A DNA stretch of 64,000 bases, taken from assembly GCA_040755995.1 (NCBI GenBank), contig JBFMAF010000043.1, forward strand, positions 122,386-186,385, written 5' to 3'. Every line of letters begins with the position of its first letter. Position 1 is the first letter of the stretch. Source of the DNA: Acidobacteriota bacterium. GTDB taxonomy: Bacteria; Acidobacteriota; CAIWXX01. A program made the position numbers and the translations under genes. Positions 56,165 through 64,000 of the stretch are shown piece by piece. The notes beneath the pieces were generated by a model that saw only the letters and a list, made by a program, of their open reading frames with translations, searched no databases and was not told where the DNA came from.

Positions 56165-58306
56165 TCATGGATAGCCCGCCTCAGGGAATGCCAGCGTCGA
56201 TCCGAATCGTCTCAGATCCTCGTAGATCGCGGCGGCGCGCGGATCACCGCGCTGTCTAAGTGAGGCAGCCAGAAAGACCCGGGCCTTCATGAGATCAGGG
56301 AGCACACGCAGAGCAGCTTCGAACTGGCGGGAACTCTCGGTGTAGTCACGCGCGTCGTAGGCGGCCATGCCGAGCGACATGTGCACCGTGGCGGGATCAT
56401 GGATCGCCGAGAGGAGCGTCACAGACCGCTCTGCCTCGGTCGAGCGGCCCAGACGCCTCGACAAGTCTGCCTCCCGCCCGAGGCTCCAGGGACACCCGGG
56501 CTGCTCATCCAGCGCCCTGCGGTAGAGGCCCAACGCGTCTTCGAATCGGCCACGCCTTTCGGCGCAGAGGCCGAGGTAGTAGTAGGCGCTGGAGGGGCCG
56601 AAGTAGTAGCGGTAGACGGCATAGCCGGATGTCGTGACGACCCCGAACGAGGCCTCGGCCTCGGCCAGGCGTCCTGCAAGCAGCTCGGCGATTCCGAGAT
56701 CGAATCGCAACGAGAGATCCTGCGCATGCCGGGCTAGCCGCTCCCTCACCAGCATCCTGGCGCCGTCGTAGAACGCCTGATCGTAGAGCACTCCGGCGGG
56801 CCGCAGCCTGTCGTAAGAGTATGGCGCAGAGGCCACCGCCAGCTCCGCGTTCGCGCGTCTTTCGGCTGGTGACTTCGCATCGAGCGCCATCCGGTAGTAA
56901 CGATTTGCGGCCGTCGAGTCTGAGCGAATATGGTTCAATTCGGCAGCGGCGGTGGGAAGTGGCCAGGCGGCGCCGGCACATACGCCAAAGCCGATCAGCG
57001 CGAGGCATAGCCGGGCCCACGAGCGTTTCCGGACCATGCCGGCGATCTCACAGAGCGCGTATGCAGCGAAGAGGATCAGCGGCGGCACCATGTGCAGGCG
57101 CTGTCTGGCCGAGACGAAGAAGACCAGGTTCGAAATCGCGAAACACGCCAGGACGATGAACGGCACCCAGAGTCCACTCGGGCGCTTCGATGCCTTCGTC
57201 GACAGCCACAGCACGATGCCGGGGAATCCGAGCGGCGCCAGCCAGCCGAAGCGCACCAACGGCCAACGGTGAATCTCGTCGTCGTTGACCCGGGCTTGCT
57301 CGACATCGTGGGCCTCGAACGATGCGACCAGGAACCGCATCTTCTGCGCGAGCAGCATCGCTGCGGCCCCGGGATACTCTTTCAGAAAGGCCAGTGCTTT
57401 CGTCCTCCAGTACCGGTTGCACTCGGCAGGCGGTGCCTGCCCGCCCAGCTCAGACCTTGCGATCTGCCGATAGATCACGTGAGCATAGTCTGATCTGGCC
57501 GGGTGCTGCATCTCCATGTCCTTGACGACGAGCGGGTACGTGCTGAGAGCACCTCTGGCCCACGGGTTGTTGCCTTCGTAGTAGGCCTCGCCGGGGTTCA
57601 TCACCGCGACCGCATATGATCCCGCGGTCACCATGCCGTAGAACATGAGCAACCCGATGGAGACAGCCGAAGGGAGGATGAATGACACAAGCGCTCGCCA
57701 GTGCGTTCCACGCCGGTGACCTGTCGGCCGAGCGGCAAGGTAGAGGGCGATGAACGGGAGCGCCAGCAACCCTGTGGGGCGAGTGAAGGAAGCAAGGCCG
57801 AACAGGATGCCCGCGAGTACCGTCGAGCCCAGGTTGGTGCTTTCGTCGCGATCCGAATGGATCAGGCAGAAGACCCACGCTGTCGTAAGGAAGATCAGCC
57901 AGGATTCCGGTTCGAAAACCGTATCGTAGACGAGGAAGCCGGAATAGGCGGCTGCGATCAGCCCGCAGAGGATGCCCGCCCGCCTTCCGAGAAGCTTCGC
58001 CCCTACGATCGCGATCAGGACTACGGAGAATGAACCGACCAGCAGCTGTCCGTAGAGCCGCCAGCGAAGATCGTCACCGAGCAGCGCGTCGCTGCACCAG
58101 TGATAGGCGATGTAGAAAGGGCTGCCGTCGAGCCATCGATCGGAGTTGCCTTGCCTCAAATCTTCGACCAGGGCAGGATACTTGACGAAGTACCCGTGTG
58201 GGAACAGCCAGACTGCGCATCCGATGCGCAGGACAAGGGCCACGAAGAAGAGCGCGGCGAGCGCGTGTGGCGGCGAGTGGCCCCGTGCGCGGCTGGACGC
58301 GATCAC
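56165..58306 (-). CDS. GT-C (ArnT/PMT-like, GT39) glycosyltransferase with C-terminal TPRs
   Basis: Many TM segments, FEPES, TRPTG, YEGNNP, RQRL; TPR tail (AYYYLGLC). Confidence 0.8.
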   Translation of the reverse strand: MIASSRARGHSPPHALAALFFVALVLRIGCAVWLFPHGYFVKYPALVEDLRQGNSDRWLDGSPFYIAYHWCSDALLGDDLRWRLYGQLLVGSFSVVLIAIVGAKLLGRRAGILCGLIAAAYSGFLVYDTVFEPESWLIFLTTAWVFCLIHSDRDESTNLGSTVLAGILFGLASFTRPTGLLALPFIALYLAARPTGHRRGTHWRALVSFILPSAVSIGLLMFYGMVTAGSYAVAVMNPGEAYYEGNNPWARGALSTYPLVVKDMEMQHPARSDYAHVIYRQIARSELGGQAPPAECNRYWRTKALAFLKEYPGAAAMLLAQKMRFLVASFEAHDVEQARVNDDEIHRWPLVRFGWLAPLGFPGIVLWLSTKASKRPSGLWVPFIVLACFAISNLVFFVSARQRLHMVPPLILFAAYALCEIAGMVRKRSWARLCLALIGFGVCAGAAWPLPTAAAELNHIRSDSTAANRYYRMALDAKSPAERRANAELAVASAPYSYDRLRPAGVLYDQAFYDGARMLVRERLARHAQDLSLRFDLGIAELLAGRLAEAEASFGVVTTSGYAVYRYYFGPSSAYYYLGLCAERRGRFEDALGLYRRALDEQPGCPWSLGREADLSRRLGRSTEAERSVTLLSAIHDPATVHMSLGMAAYDARDYTESSRQFEAALRVLPDLMKARVFLAASLRQRGDPRAAAIYEDLRRFGSTLAFPEAGYP

Positions 58307-59214
58307 ATCTTCTGCAGGGCGTCCAATATCGCTTTGGCCTGCGGCACCAACGGATCGTTGGGCGGCGCCAGCTGGAGGAACTTCTCGAACTCGGCTTTGG
58401 CCTCGGGAATCTTGCCGAGGTTGACGTAGCCGTTGGCAAGATGGTAATGGGCGAGCGCGTGATCCGGCTTGATCTGCGTGGCGCGCTCGAACGCGGCCAC
58501 GGCCTCAGGTATCTTGAAGTCGTTGAAACGTGATGCGCCGAGGTTGAAAAAGGCCTCGGCGTCGCCGGGGTTGATCTTCGTGGCCTGCTCGAAGGCCTCG
58601 CCCGCGCCGGCGTAGTTCTTCTGGGCCATGCGGGCCACGCCCAGATTGAACCAGCCGGCGAAGCTCGACGGATCCGCCTGTACCATCTTTGCAAAGGCGG
58701 CCTCGGAGTCCGCGGGCTTTGCCAATCTCTGGTAGCAGAAACCGAGCTTGGCCAGGTAGACCGGGTTCGAAGGCTCGGCGGCCAGCGCGCGATCCAGCGT
58801 CCCAACGGCCTCCTCGTAGGTCCCGGCGTCGAACAGCTCCTGCGCCTTCTTGAAGTCGGCAGCGCCGGGTCCGGCCGTCGCGACCGACATCTTCGGGATC
58901 TCGGGCAGCTCGAAATCCAGCGTCACCGTCGACAGTCCCACGTGCCATTCTGCTGACTGGGGCAGGTACCCGTCGAGCGCCACCTCGATGATGTAGTCTC
59001 CCGGTTTGAGTCCGATCTGCGAGTAGACGCCGTTCTTGTCGGTTTTCACGGTGAAGTGGATCTTCGAAGAGTCCTTGGATGTGATCTTGACCTCGGCGCC
59101 CTGGAGTGGTGATCCGCCTTTCGCCTTGATCACCCCGGTCAGACGACCCGTGGTCTGTGCATAGGCGAGCCCCGCTATCATCAAGACAGCCAGCGTTCTC
59201 CACACCTTGTTCAT
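58303..59214 (-). CDS. Exported carboxypeptidase-regulatory-like domain + TPR protein
   Basis: Signal peptide ending AYA; GRLTGVI..PLQGAEV..TDKNGVY..GLKPGDY; TPR repeats; SD AGGAGG. Confidence 0.85.
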   Translation of the reverse strand: MNKVWRTLAVLMIAGLAYAQTTGRLTGVIKAKGGSPLQGAEVKITSKDSSKIHFTVKTDKNGVYSQIGLKPGDYIIEVALDGYLPQSAEWHVGLSTVTLDFELPEIPKMSVATAGPGAADFKKAQELFDAGTYEEAVGTLDRALAAEPSNPVYLAKLGFCYQRLAKPADSEAAFAKMVQADPSSFAGWFNLGVARMAQKNYAGAGEAFEQATKINPGDAEAFFNLGASRFNDFKIPEAVAAFERATQIKPDHALAHYHLANGYVNLGKIPEAKAEFEKFLQLAPPNDPLVPQAKAILDALQKM

Positions 59215-59283
59215 AATCAGCCTCCTGGATTCGATCCAACCATCGGGTCGATGTCGTCCAGCATGCTCGTACAACACCCTCTA

Positions 59284-60549
59284 CTAGAGCCGGTGCGCAT
59301 ACAGTGGGAACCGCGTTGCGAGCTCGCGCACCTTCTCCCGCACCGCCGTCTGCACCGACTCGTCATCGACCCTGTTCAACACGTCGACCATCAGCTGGCC
59401 GACCAACTGCATCTCGGACCCCTTCATGCCTCGCGTAGTCAGCGCCGGCGTTCCCACTCGTATGCCGCTCGCGATCAGCGGCGGGTTCTTGTCGAACGGG
59501 ATGGTGTTCTTGTTGGTTGTGATGCCGGCGTGGTCCAGCGCGATCTGGGCCTGCTTCCCGGTGATCCCCTTCGAAAAAACATCCACCAGGAAGAGGTGAT
59601 TGTCAGTCCCCCCGGAAACGATACGGTAGCCGTTCTCGGCTATAACCTTGCAGAGCGCGGCCGCATTGGCCTTGATCTGTCTCTGGTATTCGACGAAGTC
59701 GGGTTCCATTGCTTCCCTGAAGCAGACTGCCTTGGCTGCGATGATGTGCACGAGCGGTCCGCCCTGATGGCCCGGGAACACCTGCTTGTCCAGCTCCTTC
59801 ACGAAGGCCTCTTTGCACAGGACCAGCCCGCCCCGAGGGCCTCTCAGCGTCTTGTGCGTCGTGGAGGTGACGAAATCGGCGTGGGGCACCGGAGAAGGAT
59901 GCAACCCTGCAGCAACGAGCCCCGCTATGTGAGCGATGTCGACGATCATCTTCGCGCCCACCCGGTCGCAGGTGGCGCGTATCCGCGGGAAATCGATGAA
60001 TCGTGGGTAAGCGCTGGCCCCGACCATGATCACCTTCGGGTGATTCTGGTCGGCAAGCGTGTCGAGCTGGTCGTAGTCCAGAATCTCCGTATCCTTGTCG
60101 ACACCGTAGAATACGACCTTGTACATCTGCCCGGAGAAATTCAGCGGATGGCCGTGACTCAGGTGACCGCCGTGCGAGAGATCCATGCCCATCAGCGTGT
60201 CGCCGGGGCGCATGCAGGCCATGTATGTGGCGATGTTCGCCTGGGTGCCGCTGTGTGGTTGCACGTTGGCGTGGTCGGCCTGGAACAGCTGCTTCGCGCG
60301 CTCACGCGCGAGGCTCTCCACAACGTCGACGTATTCGCAGCCGCCGTAATAGCGCTTGCCCGGGTACCCCTCGGCGTACTTGTTCGTGAAGACCGATCCC
60401 ATGGCTTCCAGAACGGCCTCCGACACGAAGTTCTCCGACGCGATCAATTCGAGCTGGTGTTCGAGGCGGTCGGTCTCGTCATGAATAGCCTTCGCGACGT
60501 CCGGGTCGCTGGCCGCCAGAGTTCTCTTGATTCGATCGTGCGCGTTCAC
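59284..60549 (-). CDS. glyA: Serine hydroxymethyltransferase
   Basis: [41 protein letters not shown]. Confidence 0.97.
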   Translation of the reverse strand: MNAHDRIKRTLAASDPDVAKAIHDETDRLEHQLELIASENFVSEAVLEAMGSVFTNKYAEGYPGKRYYGGCEYVDVVESLARERAKQLFQADHANVQPHSGTQANIATYMACMRPGDTLMGMDLSHGGHLSHGHPLNFSGQMYKVVFYGVDKDTEILDYDQLDTLADQNHPKVIMVGASAYPRFIDFPRIRATCDRVGAKMIVDIAHIAGLVAAGLHPSPVPHADFVTSTTHKTLRGPRGGLVLCKEAFVKELDKQVFPGHQGGPLVHIIAAKAVCFREAMEPDFVEYQRQIKANAAALCKVIAENGYRIVSGGTDNHLFLVDVFSKGITGKQAQIALDHAGITTNKNTIPFDKNPPLIASGIRVGTPALTTRGMKGSEMQLVGQLMVDVLNRVDDESVQTAVREKVRELATRFPLYAHRL

Positions 60550-60980
60550 GCCTGTCCTCCATCTATCTTATTAATTCGTCTCAGATGCCGGCCTCCTTCG
60601 AAGCCCGTAGCGAGCCACACGCGGAGGATGCGAAGGGCCAGGTCCGGCGAAGTAAGTCGAGATCCTATGACCAGAATGTTGGCGTCGTTATGCAGCCGGC
60701 TCATGCGCGCCGTCTCTTCGTCGTGGCAAAGGGCCGCGCGCACGCCGCGCTGGCGATTGGCCACGATCGACATGCCGATGCCGCTGCCGCAGATAAGAAC
60801 GCCTCGATCGCAGCGGCCCTCCGAGACGCCGCGGGCGACCTCCTTGCCGACATCAGGGTAGTCGGAAGGCTGTTCATCGGGACAGCCGAGATCGACGAAG
60901 TCGAGCGCCTGTTCCTTGAGTGCCTGCTTGATCCGTTCTTTGAGGCTGAAGCCCGCATGGTCCGAGCCGATTGCGATCAT
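60546..60980 (-). CDS. rpiB: Ribose-5-phosphate isomerase B
   Basis: [38 protein letters not shown]. Confidence 0.95.
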   Translation of the reverse strand: MIAIGSDHAGFSLKERIKQALKEQALDFVDLGCPDEQPSDYPDVGKEVARGVSEGRCDRGVLICGSGIGMSIVANRQRGVRAALCHDEETARMSRLHNDANILVIGSRLTSPDLALRILRVWLATGFEGGRHLRRINKIDGGQA

Positions 60981-60988
60981 CGGCTCGA

Positions 60989-61017
60989 ACTATAGCGCAG
61001 CCGTCCTCAAAAGGCAA
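60989..61017 (-). promoter_or_regulatory. Sigma70 promoter of the rpiB-glyA operon, leaderless or near-leaderless
   Basis: TTGCCT-17 nt-TATAGT on the minus strand, 8 nt before ATG 60980; no SD. Confidence 0.65.
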
Positions 61018-61311
61018 AACCGCGCGGCTCGAGGACGTGTGGCACCGCCGACGCATCCATGGGGTAGGCGGCGTTCGTGCGGGGCGCCCGACTGCCATGT
61101 GCGACAAGCCGGCCACAGTCTCGCCATGGCGCAGCCGGATCCCGCGCCCGCTGACGGGCGCGAAATCGCGTGCAGGCACGCAGGACCCCGGATTCCAGAA
61201 GACGCCGCGGCGCTCCTTCAGTCGGCCATTGCTCCCGCACTCTCGTCACCACGAAGTCACGACGGGTTGTGCAAGTGCGCTGCCCAACTTGTATTCGTCT
61301 TGGGAATCTAC

Positions 61312-61704
61312 ATGTCAACATTGCCCTTGGGGGTGGAGTCGGTGCGAAGGAAGACTGAGACACATGAAGAGCAAGAGGCGATTGGAGAGCGCCTGACGCG
61401 CATTCGCCGCGAACGGGGCATTACCCAGGTTGAGCTCGCCAGGAAGCTCGGCGTCGCCCAGCCTGTGCTTTCAGACTACGAGCGTGGAGAGCTGCGGCTG
61501 CACGGCCAACTAATCGTCAAGCTCGCGCGGATCCTGGGCGTTACTACAGATGAATTGCTGGGAGTGGAGCCATCCAGGCCCAGCAAGAGTCCCGTCAAGA
61601 ACCGGCGTCTCCTGAGGCGCCTGCAGGATATGGACATGCTCCCCAAGCGCGACCAGCAGGCCATCTACCGCACGATCACCGCATTCCTCGAAAGGGCACA
61701 GTGA
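61312..61704 (+). CDS. XRE-family HTH regulator
   Basis: ERLTRIRRERGITQVELARKLGVAQPVLSDYERG..LARILGVTTDELLG; start uncertain (61312 or 61342). Confidence 0.88.
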   Translation: MSTLPLGVESVRRKTETHEEQEAIGERLTRIRRERGITQVELARKLGVAQPVLSDYERGELRLHGQLIVKLARILGVTTDELLGVEPSRPSKSPVKNRRLLRRLQDMDMLPKRDQQAIYRTITAFLERAQ

Positions 61705-61717
61705 AGGAAGGAGATAG

Positions 61718-62035
61718 ATTGGCACTTCCACCGATACGATCACCGATGTCGCTCGGAAACTGGCCGAAGCGCATCGGAAGGCCGATCCTGAGACCTCCGC
61801 GGTATACCTCTCTCCCGACCCCAAGGAAATCCGACTCGTGGAGGTCTCCAACGAGGTCCTGACCACATGGGACGTACTGCCGATTGGATTCGATCCAGAT
61901 CCGGACGAGGACATACCGTACCCTTCCAAGATCGTCCTCCTGAGTCCGGAAGAGTGGGACGAGGTCAAGCGCGGCAAACTCCCGTTGCCAGAGTCCTGGG
62001 ACCCGGAACTCGTTCGGCTGGACCTGGCCGGCTGA
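61718..62035 (+). CDS. Minimal nucleotidyltransferase-like protein (putative antitoxin), no canonical start
   Basis: Frame open from ATT 61718 after AAGGAG: VARKLAEAH..IRLVEVS..IVLLSPEEW; abuts the HEPN-like gene. Confidence 0.5.
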   Translation: MGTSTDTITDVARKLAEAHRKADPETSAVYLSPDPKEIRLVEVSNEVLTTWDVLPIGFDPDPDEDIPYPSKIVLLSPEEWDEVKRGKLPLPESWDPELVRLDLAG

Positions 62036-62561
62036 TGGCCAGCAACGCGGACTGGGCTCTGGGATACATGGCGCAGGCCCGGGAGGACCTCAGAGCCGTC
62101 GAGACGCTCTGTGCGGCATCGGCTGAGGTCAGGGCGGACGCTTCGGTGATCTGCATGATCCTGCAGATGGTCTTGGAGTAAGCAGCCAAAGGCGCATTGC
62201 TAGAGTTCACCAAGACAGCAGCGAGGGAGCTGATTGGCTCGCATCGCGCCGCCACGACCTTCATGGTCATGCTGAAGCGACAACCCAGGCTCCTTGCCAA
62301 AATCGAGGAGAGGAAGTCGCGAAGGGTCCTCGGCCTCGTCCCATACGTGAGGGAACTGGAAGAGGGCAATCCCTCAATCGCATGGGACAAGAGGAATCGC
62401 ATCCGGTTACGGCCGCAGCTCGAATACCCCTGGGAAGATCCGCCACCGGAGCGATTCGGTGGCCCGCAAAGCACCTCCCAAAGGCCAATCGAATGCGGCA
62501 TCCAGGTGACCTCATCGCCGGAAGACTCATCAAGCTCGCCCAGAAACTCGTGAACCTGTAA
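62035..62561 (+). pseudogene. HEPN-like gene with a nonsense codon and a probable frameshift
   Basis: WALGYMAQAREDL..LQMVLE*AAKGAL (TAA 62179-81 where Lys is expected); after EYPWED a shifted frame reads ATGAIRWPA..LIKLAQKLVNL*. Confidence 0.6.
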
Positions 62562-62753
62562 GGGCGCGGGCTCGCCGGCGCAGCGCCCAAGGTACCCGCG
62601 GCTCCCTGTATCAGCGTTCTGCGCCTCCACGAGCGATTCCTGGAGGCAGAGAAACTCGAGCGCCAGGATCGCGACGCAATCATCCTGCTGATCGACAGCG
62701 TCGTTACCCACCGCTCTGTCGAAGCGCAGATCGACAAGCATCGCCGCGCTTGA
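62562..62753 (+). pseudogene. C-terminal remnant of a second XRE-type regulator
   Basis: LRLHERFLEAEKLERQDRDAIILLIDSVV resembles the tail of the XRE at 61312; no start codon or HTH. Confidence 0.45.
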
Positions 62754-62976
62754 GTCCGTCCCCGCGGGCGCGAAGAGTTAGAGATCAAGACGCGGCACCG
62801 CCCAGAGAGGCTCCACCGCTACCGCGAAGACCGTGGTCTTTCGCAGCGCCAACAGGAGTTAAGATGCGGCCCTCCCTACGCAGCCTACAATCCACGCGCA
62901 GCGGCGACGCCGGGGGTCGGTGACCCGGCTGGAGACTCAGACCGCGGCTCGACCCGCCTCTCGCCGCTGACTGCTC

Positions 62977-63273
62977 TCAGCCGTCCCGACTCTTGAGACC
63001 CCGACTTGCAGATTGCCGCGATCGAAGTGCGATCACCAGCGCCAGCGTCCCCAGAGTTATGAATCCCAACTCCCAAAGGAGTCTCCCAACATCCATGTGC
63101 ATGTCGTCTTTCAACAAGCACCCCCCCATGGGTGGATTCAGGATGAAGTGCCGACCATATGGGGCGTGGTGGTTCAGCGCATCGATAGTCCAGGGCGGGA
63201 ACATGAGGTCCAGTAGCCCCAGAATCACGCCGAAAACAACGATCGCGAGTTGTCTGCGTTTGAGACCTAACAT
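62977..63273 (-). CDS. Small two-TM protein, candidate Rhs immunity protein
   Basis: Two hydrophobic segments around FPPW; directly downstream of the Rhs tip. Confidence 0.55.
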   Translation of the reverse strand: MLGLKRRQLAIVVFGVILGLLDLMFPPWTIDALNHHAPYGRHFILNPPMGGCLLKDDMHMDVGRLLWELGFITLGTLALVIALRSRQSASRGLKSRDG

Positions 63274-63308
63274 GTCATGTTGGGCTGAGACGGTAGTGTT
63301 TCACCGCC

Positions 63309-63886
63309 TTACCACGGCCCTCCTCCATGAGGCCACCTGTCATGGTGGGTTTTCACGTCTTCAAAGATGTATGAACCTGCCCAATTGAGGTACCTGGTGC
63401 ATGAGTCTTGGCACGCCTTGACTGTAGCGTGGCATTGTGACTCTACTTGCTCGCCCCGTTCTTTGATGTGAGAGAGGGCAGCTCGCAGCAGAATCACATG
63501 ATTCATCTCTTCGTACTTGGAATTGTCATCCAGATAGTAGACGTCTAAGACAGCGTCGATCGAAATGCGTGGCGTCCAACACGATCCCTCCTTACACTCG
63601 CAAGAGCAGTTGATGGAGATCCGAGGCTCCACACATCCTCTAAGCGTTGGTTCGCCTGACCATGGCCAGTTCTGCGGCGGAGGAGTACCTCTGCACTCCC
63701 TGTACAACCCCTCAAGTCCACCCACAGGATGGAACTGCACCTTCCAGCTGAACTTCACCAACCCGAGAGGATCGGTATAGGAAATCGGGTCGTTGCCAGC
63801 ATAGATGTACCAAAGACGTGCTGAGAGGGGGTCTTCCCCGAGGAATCTGCCCATGCGCGGGTCATAGTATCTGGCACGTATTAGAT
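63309..63886 (-). pseudogene. Orphan/truncated Rhs C-terminal module with Cys-rich tip
   Basis: RARYYDPRMGRFLGEDP..YAGNDPISYTDPLGL cleavage motif; Rhs similarity stops just upstream of RARYY. Confidence 0.8.
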
Positions 63887-63889
63887 GCT

Positions 63890-64000
63890 GTAAGCGACTT
63901 TTCGCCTCTCCCACCCGCATAGAATCAACTACTTGGCTGGGACGAACGGCCGAAGCGCAAGAATAGATGCTGTGCCAAGTCGTTGATTTTGTTGATTGAC
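63890..64000. mobile_element. Possible IS end (IS66-like terminal repeat) interrupting the Rhs gene
   Basis: GTAAGCG at 63890, right where Rhs similarity ends; no transposase within the window. Confidence 0.3.

Noticed and set aside
62179..62181. Stop-codon recoding in the HEPN-like gene
   Set aside because: The codon is TAA (not TGA or TAG), and a second lesion nearby points to pseudogenisation

Overview
GC-rich bacterial chromosomal window. The gene repertoire (carboxypeptidase-regulatory-like/TPR proteins, a FadL-like barrel, MtrAB) suggests an Acidobacteriota-like organism, which is an inference. It holds about 50 protein genes. Housekeeping genes include efp, ilvE, glyA, rpiB, an aspartate aminotransferase, a PilT paralogue and two GDP-sugar SDRs. 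There is a TetR-RND-TolC efflux operon, an MFS pump, an ABC pair, a Snf2/SWIM pair, an ATPase/DUF4276 pair, and a decaying XRE/MNT-HEPN/Rhs island at the right end. Highlights: (1) a co-oriented cluster of decaheme MtrA, MtrB, a Cyc2-like cytochrome-porin and a 19-heme CbcL-like cytochrome c/b (30 CxxCH motifs in total), which could form a complete trans-envelope electron conduit; (2) a 56-aa membrane micro-protein absent from the ORF track, with an in-frame TGA followed by a SECIS-like hairpin (candidate selenoprotein); (3) an aminotransferase fused to a degenerate PEPCK/HPrK-like P-loop domain; (4) a DprA/SLOG plus ADP-ribosyltransferase-like fusion; (5) an EF-P with Asn at the normally modified loop tip; (6) three apparently leaderless genes; (7) a dispersed heptamer repeat family, with one copy inside the TolC signal peptide. 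No rRNA, tRNA or CRISPR array was recognised. All family calls come from motif reading, not database searches.
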